DNA of 32,990 bases from Neovahlkampfia damariscottae (taxonomy: Eukaryota). How positions within the stretch are numbered: the first letter of the stretch is position 1; each line of letters starts with the position of its first letter. Under the pieces are notes generated by a model that saw nothing but the letters and a program-made list of their open reading frames with translations, searched no databases and had not been told where the DNA came from. The stretch spans positions 1-32,990 of the forward strand of contig JABLTG010000197.1 of assembly GCA_016618085.1 (NCBI GenBank). The letters run 5' to 3'. Shown piece after piece: positions 8,154-20,582 of the stretch. The position numbers and the translations under genes were made by a program.

Positions 8154-9864
8154 TTAAATTCCTGCCCAAACATCTTCCACAGAAAACAAATGTGTTGAAA
8201 TTTGCCTGGACAATTCTCTTTTACCTTCCCAATCAATTGTTGGCAAATTTTTAATGCAAGATTCATCTGGTTTTTGTGTTGGATTTTTCATGAAATTTAT
8301 CATAATATTTTGAGCACAGTTTTGATGAATGTGCATAATTACACCATGAACATAGTATGGGAATGAAACAAAATATTGTGTTTCAGTCTTTTTCACTTTG
8401 TTGAAATACAAAGGTGCCTGGGAGTATGGCGTTTGTGGATCCAACCCTCCGTGAATCAATAAAAATGGTTGTCTTGTATTTGCGAATTTTTGAGAGAATT
8501 CATCTTGTTTTGTAGCGAACCAATGATCTTTCATAATTCTATATAAAATCGAAACTCTTGGTGAGAATCTGAGTGTTTCTTCTTTTTTTAAAATATCTTC
8601 CAATGAAGGTAAGGTTTCATTGAAAAGTAATTCTGGAATTCCAATGTTGAAACCAATCAATCCAGCATTTGCTCTGTAATCAACTTTCAAGTCTTTTTTT
8701 TGAGCAATTGTTTTGAAGAAATGTGATAAAACTTTCTTATCAAACTCATTGCATCTGTTTATTCTTGAAATTAAAGGTGGAATGACCCAACTTAAACCAT
8801 CAGGAATTTTCGCAATTAATCCAAATAAAATTGCTTTGAATTGTGTTTTTGGAACATTTCTTCAGAATATAGTTTAATAGATTTAAAAAAAAATTACTTG
8901 TAAAATTCAGGACAATGATTTGTTGAATCTTCATATCCTTTGAATAGTTTTTCTAGTTCTTCTTTTGGATATTTCATTTTTGATCTACAGAATTCATTTC
9001 TTTGACATAAATCCAAATTGATTTTACCAACCCTATCTGCTTCGGAGTCATATTTCACAAACTCCAAATATTGTGGACTTGCAACTGATTGTTAAAAAAT
9101 TTAAAAAATAAAAATTACTTCCATCTAAAATGACTAAATGTCTGCTGTTTGGATAAACTGACATGTATCTGTTCATCAAAAATGCACCATAACTCACCCC
9201 ATAAATCACAATATTTTCATTGGCAGAAGATCTTAATGATTCAGCAACATTGTAGATATCTCTTGAAGCTTCTGTTGGATTATAAAATTCCAAATATTTT
9301 CCATATTTATTTGTAATATAATCTTTACATTCTTGAAATAAATTCCCTGGATTTCTTAATTCTTGTGCCCAATTTTCATCTTCTTCTTGAGGACATCCAA
9401 GAGCAGATGAATGACCTGTTCCTCTGTGTGAAGGTATAATAATATCATATTCTCTATTAAGTAACTCATAGAAATAAAGAGATATTTGACCAAAAATTTG
9501 CCAATTAGCAGAACCACCTGGACCTCCATCATTAATCCACATCTTTAAAGTTATGTCAAAAAAATGTTTTTACTTGTCCTTTTTTATTTTCTGCTTTCAA
9601 TCTACGGACAAAATAAGTGAAGTTTTTTCCATTTGGATTTTTCCAACTGGAAGGTACTGTTGTATAAGCACATTCAAGTTTCTATTTTTGTTAAACTTCA
9701 AATGTGTTTACCGAAAGAAACAAGTTCTTATCAAACTTTGGAGTTAATGATGGTATTTCTGATTCTTCTGTGGAATGTATTTGAGGACATTTTCCCCAGT
9801 TAACTTGTACTTGAGCATTGAGTAACCCACACAATAACAAACAGATAAAAAGTAAAATTTTCAT
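8154..9864 (-). CDS. Secreted alpha/beta hydrolase (tripeptidyl/prolyl aminopeptidase-like), 4 introns
   Basis: Signal peptide MKILLFICLLLCGLLNA, GGPGGS, RGTGHS, nucleophile GVSYG, GGLDPQTP (Asp) and HGV (His). Four GT-AG introns restore the frame. Confidence 0.88.
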
Positions 9865-10146
9865 TGGTGCGTTTAGCGTTGGAACTTCCAATGATTTATA
9901 CTTGAAGTTATGAATTAAAAAATATTTGTTCATTTCTTCACACCAAATGTGTCATCAGAACCTCAAATTATAGGACAAATTAATTTTCCTCGACAAAATT
10001 TAATAACACTGGTCAATTTGAAATAATTTCTCTCAAACGCAAAGGATACCTATCGAGTGTGTAAATTCAATTAGAGGAATAATTGATGTTGCTATAACGT
10101 CAATTAATTCGTTCAATGGTCCGTTCTATTTGACCAATTAAAAATA

Positions 10147-11121
10147 ATGTTTGCTGAAGTTGAATTAAGTGTTTCAAACAGAAGTCTTTGTGCTGGTTGT
10201 CAACAAGTTTTAAAAAAACATGAAATAAGAGTTCGATTGAGAAGTGCTGAAGGATTTGGAAAATGTTTTCATTTAAAATGTTTCAAATCAAATTTTCCAT
10301 TACCTGTTTTTAATGTTCAACCAGAACTAAAAGAAAATGAAAAAATTCAAAATATAATCAATAATTTAACTACTGACTATTTGAATGAAAAAGAAAAATA
10401 TACAAAAAAAAGAAAATTAGACAAAATACTACAAGTTCCAGAAAATTTGAAAAAACAAAAAATTTTATCGAATTGTGAAAATATTTTATTGAATATATCA
10501 GATGATGTTTGGTGTCATATACTTGGATTTCTTGATTTTCGTGAAGTCATTCATAATTTTTCTACAATTAGCACAATGACTTTTCAGTTAACTTATCAAG
10601 ATGATTTATGGAATCAATTCATTTCAAGGCACTACCAAAATATAATATCAGATGAAACAGACAAAAATTCAACTGTTTTTTCAATTTTTTTAGATTTGTA
10701 TTCAAAAATTTGTATAGATTGCAAAAAATCTGTAGGAAAAGAATTTTACTGTGATTTGAATGATTTTGTGGTTTGTGATGAATGCATGAAACAAGAAAAA
10801 TATAAATTATGTTCTGAATATCAAATATCAGCATGGCATCAATTTCAAAAAGAAGATTTCCAACATTTGAAATCATTCAAAATTTTCAACAAGTATTCTC
10901 GAAATTCTCCACACACCAAATACTTAAAATCTGACGTAAAACAATATATTATTGATGAAAGAAAGAAATTATTACTTGATGTTTTGAAAATTTGGAAATT
11001 TGATGGTGAATTGAGTTTCAAAGATGAATCATCCATTCAATTCAAATTTATTCATAGAAAAACAATAAAAAGTGTAAAAAAAGTGGCCAATGAAATATGT
11101 AACAAGTGTAAAAATAAATAA
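10147..11121 (+). CDS. zf-PARP + F-box + XPA-like domain protein
   Basis: SNRSLCAGC...FHLKCF (PARP-type finger); LLNISDDVWCHILGFLD...DDLW (F-box); CIDC-x17-CDEC...KYKL...N.Y.....KYLKSDV (XPA-like). Intronless. Confidence 0.75.
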   Translation: MFAEVELSVSNRSLCAGCQQVLKKHEIRVRLRSAEGFGKCFHLKCFKSNFPLPVFNVQPELKENEKIQNIINNLTTDYLNEKEKYTKKRKLDKILQVPENLKKQKILSNCENILLNISDDVWCHILGFLDFREVIHNFSTISTMTFQLTYQDDLWNQFISRHYQNIISDETDKNSTVFSIFLDLYSKICIDCKKSVGKEFYCDLNDFVVCDECMKQEKYKLCSEYQISAWHQFQKEDFQHLKSFKIFNKYSRNSPHTKYLKSDVKQYIIDERKKLLLDVLKIWKFDGELSFKDESSIQFKFIHRKTIKSVKKVANEICNKCKNK

Positions 11122-11207
11122 TGCAAAAAAACTTATCTTTTTTATTTTATATTTTCAACCAATAAAATCATCTTCCAGTTTGTCTTTGGAAACTTGAACA
11201 TTACACA

Positions 11208-12417
11208 ATGTTGAAGACTTTAATTTTTTGTTGTTTGATATCTTTAATAGCTTCACAATTACCAAGGTGTAGTAAAACTTATTACGGAAATGTAGGAGAA
11301 ACATGTGATGGAGCAGACAGACAATGTAAAATTTTTTTAACTTGCCAAAATGGACGTTGTCAAAATGGATTCATAGGTTCAACATGTTCATCACACAATG
11401 ACTGTTATTTATCGTAATTTTTAATTTCTTTTTCTCATCAACAGATCTCCAAAATTAGAAGGAATTAAATGCATCAATGGAAGGTGCACAAAAAAAAAAT
11501 ATCCAGGATATCATTGTCTCTTAAAAGATGAAGTTTGGTTAAAATTCTTTTTCACTTCTTTTTTTTAGTGTCATTCACATCAATGCAAAAATAGAGTTTG
11601 TGTCGGAAAAACTATAGGTGAGAACTGTGATCCAACAGGTCCTGTAGAATGCGGAAAAGGTTTATATTGTTCATATAATACAAAAACGTGTGCAAAGCAA
11701 AAACTTATAAAAGAAAATTGTGAAGATGTTGAACCTAAAGAACTTTCTGAAAGACAAGAAGGTGAAAACTTCATGGTAATTTGTCCTGGAGGAACTAAGT
11801 GTCGTAGAAATCCATCACAAACAGAATCAACTTGTCAAGAAATTTACAACTCAAAATTAGGTGAAGAATGTTCATACACAGATGAATGTGAACCTACATT
11901 ACGTTGTAGAAATGAAAAATGTGTTGAAGCTGTACCAAGGTTATCACCATGTGGAAACACCAATTGTACGAGCACTAATTCAGAAAGATGCATGTGTGAC
12001 TCAGAAGGAAACCCTGGAACATGTCAAGCAGTTTTAGCACCTGGTTGTGATTGGAATAAATTTCAAAGAGAATGGAAAGGTTGCTGGAGAGATAATAATT
12101 GTCATTATGATAGAAATTGGATTTTCTCAATATTGACAGATGTCTTTCAAACTGATACTTGTATGGGTGAAGCCTGTCCTGAGATTGGTCGAGAATATGT
12201 TTGTTGTATGTTCAGAGGAATGGATAAATTCTCATATACAAATGCAAATCCAATACCATTACAATGCACTGATACAACAATTTTAACTTCTTTAGTTCTT
12301 ATTGTATTATTATTGGTTTGTTCATTTTTATTTGTTTCCATTACTTCTTGTTTGGTTTATTTATATCACAGGAGAAGAGAACAAAGTTTTGAACCAAAAT
12401 TTGATCAAATTCAATAA
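11208..12417 (+). CDS. Cys-rich single-pass membrane protein (paralogue B), 2 introns
   Basis: Shares CKIFLTCQ, EGIKC, KGLYCS, VICPGGT and TCMG with paralogue A. Introns 11414-11444 and 11533-11568. Confidence 0.88.
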
Positions 12418-12424
12418 AACAGTT

Positions 12425-14442
12425 TTAATGATATTCACAATGTTTTGGCAATCCCAATTGTTCGTTTGTTCTGTCAACTGGAAGCCCCATCCATTTTCTC
12501 ATTTCAATGATGATTCCTTTGTCTCTGTGTACTCTTGTATAAACACCATTATTCCAATTATTTTGTAAATCTTCATATCCACAAACAGATGAATCATGAC
12601 ACTTTGATTTTGGCATAGATTTTGTGCATTCATTACAATAATCACCTTGGCATAATTTACAATCTGAAAGTCCATCTGGAAAACCTTTGGCATCATTTTT
12701 GAATGTATATGATGACAGAATGAGTCTTATCGTATTAATTCCATCTTTAATTTTGACTTACTTGATTTTCCAATTTCCATCTTTTCTGGAAAAAAGAAGT
12801 TTATTGAAATGACGATGTTTTTCAATATTTTGTTCTTTAACAAGAACAGAACCTTTATCTCCCATATCTCTTGAAGAAGAACCTCCAAACTGTTGATCAT
12901 GGTCATCATTTTGAATTGCATATCTTTCTGATGGAATCACCCAATGTCCACAAATTGGAAATTCTTTTGGATAATCAGAAGACCAAATTTTGATCTTAAA
13001 AACATCAGATTCACTTAATCCTTCTTTTTTCATTTCATTTTCGAAATTTCTTCCAAAGTTGTAATAATTATCATTGCACATAAGAAGATCTTTTTCGCCA
13101 CCTATAATGACTTCCAACCATGTGATGAAATCATCAGGCAAATCACCATTTCCGAGATTTCTTTTGAATTTATTTAGAATTTGAGCTAAAGATTTTGGTG
13201 TGATACTAATATAGTTAATTTGTTGATTTCTTACTGTTTGGCAGCATCAATTCTAAATCCTGAAAATCCAATGGACAACAAATCTGTTAAATAATCCGCA
13301 ATTCTTTGTTGAACATTTTCCTTTTCTGTATTTAAATCAGATAATCCAACTAACCATCCATAATTCAAAGAAAATCCACTGCTCCAACTTGCCAATGATC
13401 TTTCACAATGAAAATCCATTGGTCCCCAAGGAACAGCTGGAAATTCCATTCCAGGTTTCTAAATAAAAATTCAATTTATAAAATTACAGTACTTCCTTTG
13501 CAAAAGTATAATTATGCGCAAATGAATGTGTGAAATAAGGTGATCCTGCAAAACTATCTTTTGCTCCCCATTTTGAACAATGCCCACCATGACTATTTCT
13601 GTGTGTAGGAAATGCATCATTTCCACCTCCAGTCATATGATTAATTACTGCATCTGCATATATTCTAACATTATTTTTTCGACAAGTGACTATCATTTTT
13701 CTTAATTGTTTCCTTGTTCCCATTCTTGATGTCAATTTATAAGAAACTGGTTGATAAACCCAATACCATGGATTTAATTCCCCATTTTGTATTTGATTTT
13801 CGGATTTAATTCCTTCTTGTGGTGGAAAAACTTTTACTCCTAAATATCCCATTTTTCCAAGTGACTCACATTCTTTTTCAATTTCTTCATAAGGCCAACC
13901 AAATAATTCAATTATGGCTCCTTTTTGACCCTTTTCATATTGTTTTTCTTGGTTTATTTTTGGGTTTTGCCAGATAAAGTTTAAACTTTCTAATTCAAGT
14001 TGATATTCTTTTTTTGTGTTTGAGTTTATGCCAATAACTTTGATGGATAGTTCTTTTTGGAAATTTTGATTCACTTCATATCTATTTAGTGAAATAGGAT
14101 TCTCATTATTAAAAGAATATTTCAGTTCTATATTCCCATCCCTTGTATTAATTCTTGAATGAATGACAACTAAGGCAGCAGTTCTATCATTTGAATAACG
14201 AATTTGAGCACTAGCAGCGATTTGACTCATATCTTGATACTCTTTTCTCCATAATTTATTTCCTATATTATTTTTAATTTTTATTCCAAACCTTTAGGAG
14301 GTGTTTGAAATGTCCTAGTTTTAAATTCTGGTTTTGGATCTACTTGATTTCCTTGACATCCCATCTCACCATTCCAATTCCAACATTCTTCACAACTTAC
14401 AAGAGCAATAAACAAAAAAGTACAAACAAACTTCTTCAACAT
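12425..14442 (-). CDS. Secreted GH13 alpha-amylase, 4 introns
   Basis: Signal peptide, ELFGW, YQPVSY, DAVINHM, GFRIDAAK|H (nucleophile Asp), WLEV (Glu) and NDDHD (Asp). Confidence 0.92.
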
Positions 14443-14521
14443 GATTTGATGCGTTGATTTGATTGGATGAATAAAAATTGATTTGACCTGTCAAAAAATG
14501 AAACGAAAAATAAAAATTTAA

Positions 14522-15873
14522 TTAAAACCATTCTTTTTTAAATGATGTGGTGACAGTAGGATCCTTAAATGGACAATCATGTGGTACAAATTTTTCATCT
14601 TCAGAATATTTAAAATGTCTTAACCAATAAGCTCTAAAAATGTAAAAATGAAAATTGAAAAATACCTATCAAAAGATTTCAATAATGCCCAATGCTCTTG
14701 ATAATCTTGTTCAAATGTCGGCTCTTTTTCAACTAAATCATTAACAAAATCATCAAGTTCTTGATGAGTTTTGAATAAAACTTTTTCTTCTTGAATTTTA
14801 AATGTTTCCATCATATCTAAAAAATAAAGTTAATTTTCATGAATTCAAAATAGAATACCTTTTGTCAATGGAAATGCCATTTCACATTGTCCTTCTCCTC
14901 TTAATTGATTTAAGTAGTCGCCTAAAGGACCTTGAAAATGTTTTTTTAAATTAACACCTAATGCAAGTGCTAGTTCATCTATAAATTGTTGACAATTTGA
15001 ATATCTTTGATGATACTCTTTTTCTGAATTCCATTTTGTAATAATTCTACTTGCAGATTCGATTGTAGTTTCTAAATCAAATGTTTCATCACCATATTCA
15101 AGGTCTGCTGCTAACATAGCTTTGAAAGTGTCAATAAAGTGTCATATTTTTTTTTACCTGCAGATGAGTATGTTTTTCTTGGAACACACAATGAAGAATT
15201 GTTCCATTCTAAATACCATGGTCCTATGATAAGTGCTGAATGAAATAATCCGAAGGTTTGTGATGTATCCAATTTTGTGATGATTGGTGAAAGAAGTTTA
15301 CGTAATTTTTTTTGTTTATCATTTTTTGCAATTTCTGCAATGACTAATTTAATTTTAACTTTATTTCCAACTTTAAACTGTTGAAATCAAATTTAAAAAA
15401 AAAATTTCTCACTTGTGGTTTTTTTGTTTCTTCTTCAATTTCTGACAGTTTTTTTAAAATTTTTTTTCTTTTTTTTTTACCTTGAAAATCATAGTCAATA
15501 TCTTCTACATCATTTTGAACTTCATTTGGTCCAGATTCAAATAATTTTGATTCTTTTTTTGTTAAAGTAGCGTTTAGTTTATCCACTCTATCAATCTAAG
15601 AGGATAAGTAAAGAATTATGAAATATTTACTGTTTCTTTGGTATGTGCGAATTCAGGATTTAAATACCATTCTTTTAAATAAACTGGATTTGAAAGACTT
15701 TGAGCCCATTCGTTTACTTGAATTTAATTTTTTTTTTTTTTTTTTTTACATTCTTCTCCTGACATTTTTGAAGCTTCTTTGTTTGTTTTTTTTAGTTTTT
15801 CAACTACTTTTTGGACTCTTTCTTTATCAGACTTTGCATCTTCATCTTCAGGACTGATAAAAGAATTTCCCAT
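14522..15873 (-). CDS. PPPDE/permuted papain-like domain protein, about 7 introns
   Basis: Starts MGNSF. GLFHSALIIGPWYLEW...YHQRYSNCQQFIDEL gives the His...NC order of permuted papain folds. Spliced frame is continuous to TAA at 14522-14524. Confidence 0.7.
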
Positions 15874-15937
15874 GGTTTTGATTTGTCAACTCAAAATGGA
15901 TATGTTCAAAATAAACAATTCGAAAGAAGAAAATTTT

Positions 15938-16998
15938 TTAATCTGTCTTTTCTTTTGGACTTCCAAATGTGTAAATTAACACACCTACAGTCACAAAAAC
16001 TGCACTGATTGCTTTGTATTGAGTAAAACATTGATTTTGATATTGAGAACAAAATAAAATTGAACTGAAAATAAAAACTTAAAATTGAATAAAAAATTGA
16101 AAATAATTTACCTAAAATTGTGTTGATTCCTTGAATCACACCAGTTGCTGTCGCTCCAACTTTTGATATTGCTGCGTAATAAGCAATAATGTTAAACAAA
16201 TCGGCTGAAAATTGAACAAACAACAATATGAGAACCATTTGTGTGTTTGTAATGGAACTTGTTACTTCAGTCCATTTTGGTAAAATGTAAAAATATTGAT
16301 AAGTTGTTAAAACAGTAAATGAAAGTAAGCCTGTTCTGACCGCAAGGTGATATGATTCCAACTGAAATCTATGTTTATTATCTAACAAGTATTCATCTAA
16401 AACATAACCTATTGACATCAAAAATGTACCAGCAAGAGACAAGAAAATACCAGTTGAAAATTTTTCGTTTGCTTTGTCGTTTGAGAAAAAATTAGGAATA
16501 GCAGTGACTGAAAGACCTCCAACTATAACAAAAATAGCTATGGTTTGTGTTACTGTGGTCTTTTTTTTATTCACAACAAAAGAGATTAATGCTGTGAAAA
16601 TTAATGAACTGGAATATAACACTTGAAAAATACCACTTCCAGCATAAGTCATACCTTTTTTTATGAAATTAAATTTTTGATAAACGTACCAATATTACAA
16701 AGTAAATTTCCAGTCAACCCAGCCATTGCATAGATCACAATATAAATAGTTGCACTTTCTTTTTCTCTTAACTTTTTGTTCTGTGGTTCCGGAAAAAAAG
16801 TTGCTGAAATGAATCCTGAGAAGGTATAAGCCAAAAAAGTTACTTGAAAAAAATAAATTCTTTTTTTGTTTTACCTTGTCCCAACAACAGTGTGTCTTCA
16901 TCTGAAACACCATAATTTGAAAGATATTGTCTTACAATTGTTACTGACATAGCAGATGTCAAATATAAAAAACAAGTGAGTAGAAGTGAGAAATTCAT
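15938..16998 (-). CDS. DMT/SLC35-like multi-pass transporter, 3 introns
   Basis: Many hydrophobic helices, including GMTYAGSGIFQVLYSSSLIFTALIS. Splicing gives a continuous frame. Confidence 0.85.
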
Positions 16999-17084
16999 TT
17001 TCCTCCTCAACTGTCTAATTCGGAAATTTATGATCCAATGAAATAAAATCCGTTAACCTATTTTGATTGGTCAGCTCTATTTGG

Positions 17085-18051
17085 ATGTTGGAACGTTTGC
17101 TGTGGTTGTGCTTCGTAGTGGCCACATTGTCACAGTTTCTGTATGAAAAGGAAGCAAAAGGACATACTATAACATCAAATGGAACAACAATCAGTGTAAA
17201 ATTGAATGGAGTTCCTTCATTCACGTTTGAGAACATTTTGAAATTTATTTTTTTTTTTAGTGTATCATATGAAAATGGAGCAAAATATTCAGCTGAATTT
17301 AAAAAAATATATCAGATAGAATCTTTAGAAAACTATAATAAAAAAGTTGGAGGATCAAATGTAGCTCTTCCTTCTTTGAAGTATGTTGAATTTTTTTTTT
17401 AAAAAATTTTTGTTCAGATGGGAATTCACTGAACCTGAAATTTTAGGAAATACTATTACTTTTAATTTAACAGCACCTTTTAAAAAATCAGATGCAACCT
17501 TGACATTTCGAATAAAATTCAATTCAGCTTTTAAAAGTATGAAATTTGACACAATTATTGAGAATTTTGATTCTACATGGAAATCAAAAGGAAATTATCT
17601 TGTTTTTGGATACAAGTATTGAAATTTTTTTTTAAACAAATTTTCAAGGTTAAGTATAGAACAGAATTCGACATCTGACAACAAAGAATTTGTTAAACGT
17701 TCAAATCAAGTAAAATTTGGTGATGCTGTATTTGAAGTTAAACCAACTACAGAATCAAATCAAAATGTAACAATAGATTTAACTGAAGATGATACTGATA
17801 GTTCAAAGAGTGCAGTTGTTGTGGTTTATGAAAAATTCTCCGGAACTTTAATTCATGACCCAACTATTACAATAGAGACACCTTTTGGATTTACCATTAG
17901 TTTAGACAGAGAAACTTTGATTCTTTTAACTGTATTGTTTTTTGGTGCAGTTGGTTTAATGTCTGTTGTATTTTTAGGTGTTTGCTCAACCTATGTTTAT
18001 GTAATCACAGAAGGTTTGATAAGGGATCCTTATGGACGATTAATACATTAA
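17085..18051 (+). CDS. Hypothetical type I membrane protein, 3 introns
   Basis: Signal peptide, beta-rich ectodomain ending LIHDPTI, C-terminal TM. Confidence 0.75.
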
Positions 18052-18125
18052 AAAAAATCGGAAAAAAATAAAAAAAATTTTTACTTTGTTCAAAAATTCA
18101 ACTCAAAAAAAAATGAAAATTTTTA

Positions 18126-19691
18126 TTATTGGGGTCTTTCACCAATACCTCCTAAATGATCAAATATAATCAAACTAACATCAAATGCAAGATTTTTTGA
18201 ATCTTGTTCAGTTTCTGCTTCTGCATAAATTCTAACAACATCTTCTGTTCCACTAGGACGAATGAATGTTCTTGAATTATTGTATTTTTTCATTAAATCA
18301 TTCAATTTTTCTTGTACTCCATCAGGTTTAATTACTTGAGTTTCATCTACTGATGTTTGAATAACTGTTCTATCTTTCACTTTTAATTTACTTTGAACAC
18401 TTGGAAGATCAGTGTATAATTTAATCCAGTCTTCAATTGACATATCTAAAAGAGATAAAATAACTTCTACCATTAATAAATCACTAACTGCATCTCCAAC
18501 TGTTTGATTAACCATATTTGAAAATTGCAATAATGTTTCTGAATTCTCTTGAAAATATTTTAATGCCTTTGATGAGAAAACAACAGTACCATGTCCATTT
18601 GCTTCAAAATATATTCCAATATCAAATTCTTTTGATTTATGATGTAAGTGTTTTACTCCTGTTGGAACGATTGGACAATTGTCAATATATGACTTTAAAA
18701 ATTTAGTTGATGCACCATTTGCATAAGCAGTTTGAACAACTCCAACAGATAAACCTGAATCCTTTGGTAAATATTTTGAAAAGAATAATGTAATGAGTGA
18801 TGAAATTTTATCACCATCTATGAGAATGAATTGATCTTTTTCGTATGAATAAACAATTCTATCACCATCACCATCAAAACTAGCAACACAATTTTTAAAA
18901 TTTAAAGGTTTCTTTTTTTCTTTTTGAACATGTTCCGCACCACAATTCTTGTTTAAATTTTCAGTTCTTGAAATATCATCATTTAAAAGTTCAAAACGAT
19001 TTGGAAGATATTTTTGTAATTCTTTAAGTACTACAGCACCTACACCAAAAGCACAATCAATATTTCTTTTTTCTGTTTTTTTGTCTCCTATTAATTTTTT
19101 AAAGGAAGTTGATAATAATTCATAATATGGTGAACAATCTTTTGAATTGCTTTTTTGATCATTATCATGTTTTACCATAAAATGTAAAACTGGTGTTGTC
19201 AATAATCCAAAATCAAATACTTTTCCACCTTAGAAAGTGTTAAATTGTTTTGTTTTTTTTTTACCAACACATTCAATTCCTTCAATCGTTGATTTTAATA
19301 AATCAGGTGAGGAAGGTCTTGTATCAGCAGCAACATAAACAACAGGTTGTGTATCTTTGAAAAAATTACCAATTAACCCCAAAAATTCTTCAGTTGAATT
19401 ACAATTAGCTAATTCTTCTGCTCTTTTTTCCCAAATTTTTTCCATGTATTCACCATTTGAATCGATTACTTTTACTCCATTATCTTCTACTTCATTATGT
19501 GATGCTGTGATTACAATTCCGGTAATTTGTTTGGTTTCCATTGATCTCAAAGCTGCTAAAACACCAGTGATGAAAACAACTGAATCCATGATTTCTGATT
19601 TCATTCTAAATCCTGCTGTTCCATATTTGAAGTGATGATTTTTCACTTTTGGATGTTTTTCATAAGCATTTTTAACTTTATCTTTGTTCAT
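18126..19691 (-). CDS. PGM3: Phosphoacetylglucosamine mutase
   Basis: YGTAGFR, ITASHN, SFDGDGDR, YFEANGHG and RPSGTEDVVRIYAEA; intron 19229-19264. Confidence 0.96.
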
Positions 19692-19864
19692 TTTTTTTTT
19701 GCGAATAAAAATTCAACACGTGGTTTCTTTCTACTGGCACAACTAGAAATCACATAAAATTGACAAGATAGACAGAAGAGTGGAAGATATTGAAATACTA
19801 GTATGTACAACACTGAAAAGGATAATATTAATGTTACTTTGGATTGCAAAGAACAAATAAATTT

Positions 19865-20406
19865 TTATGTTCTTTGGTACCATGGCAAATTTCTAAATCT
19901 CCAACCATCCACTTTTCCTCTTTGTCTATCTTGATTTGCAGGTCCATCAAATCCATAGAGAATGTTGTACGCATTGTAACCTTTTTCTTTGAACATTTTT
20001 GATGCTTTAACAGATCTTGATGCACAACAACATAAGAAAAATAACTTTGAATCTGGTTTAAATCTTGGTGATTTTTTTAATTTTGATAAAACTTCTTCAA
20101 AGAAATTTGGATTTAAATTTCTGTTTGGGTGATATAAAAATTGTACAAAAATTGGTTCGGATTTCTTTTAAAACATTACTTTTTGATTAAAATTACCCAT
20201 GGTGTTGTTGGAATTTCAGGTTTTCCGACCCACATCCATTCCGCCTTGAAAAAGTCAATTTTTTGTTTTCAAACGTCTGTTCTGATGTCAATTAAAAATG
20301 AATTTTTATCAGCCATCAATATTTTTAATGTATCTTGAGGTGTTATATCAGGAACTTCTTGTGATAAGACAAATGTCACAAAGACAATCAGCAATACTAA
20401 CTTCAT
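19865..20406 (-). CDS. Single-domain rhodanese (sulfurtransferase-like) with signal peptide; absent from the ORF track
   Basis: MKLVLLIVFVTFVLSQ...LIDIRTD|AEWMWVGKP...FFLCCCASRS...YNILYGFDG...GWRFRNLPWYQ; introns 20245-20274 and 20165-20196. Confidence 0.88.
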
Positions 20407-20582
20407 TGTTTGGAAGGGTAAATAAAGTTGACCAATGAACAGAAGTCAAAATTAAAAACACATAAAAAGTGGAATTTTTCAAAGATTATCAACTTTCGAA
20501 CATTTATTTAGTTATAACTTATCAACCAATCAGCTTTGTAAAATATTTCACCAAACAATAAGTGACTTGAAACAGTCAATTG

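Noticed and set aside
19720..19753. Imperfect hairpin (GTGGTTTCT...AGAAATCAC) upstream of PGM3, a possible ncRNA
   Set aside because: Only a 9-bp stem with no recognisable snoRNA or tRNA boxes. It would need an Infernal/Rfam search.
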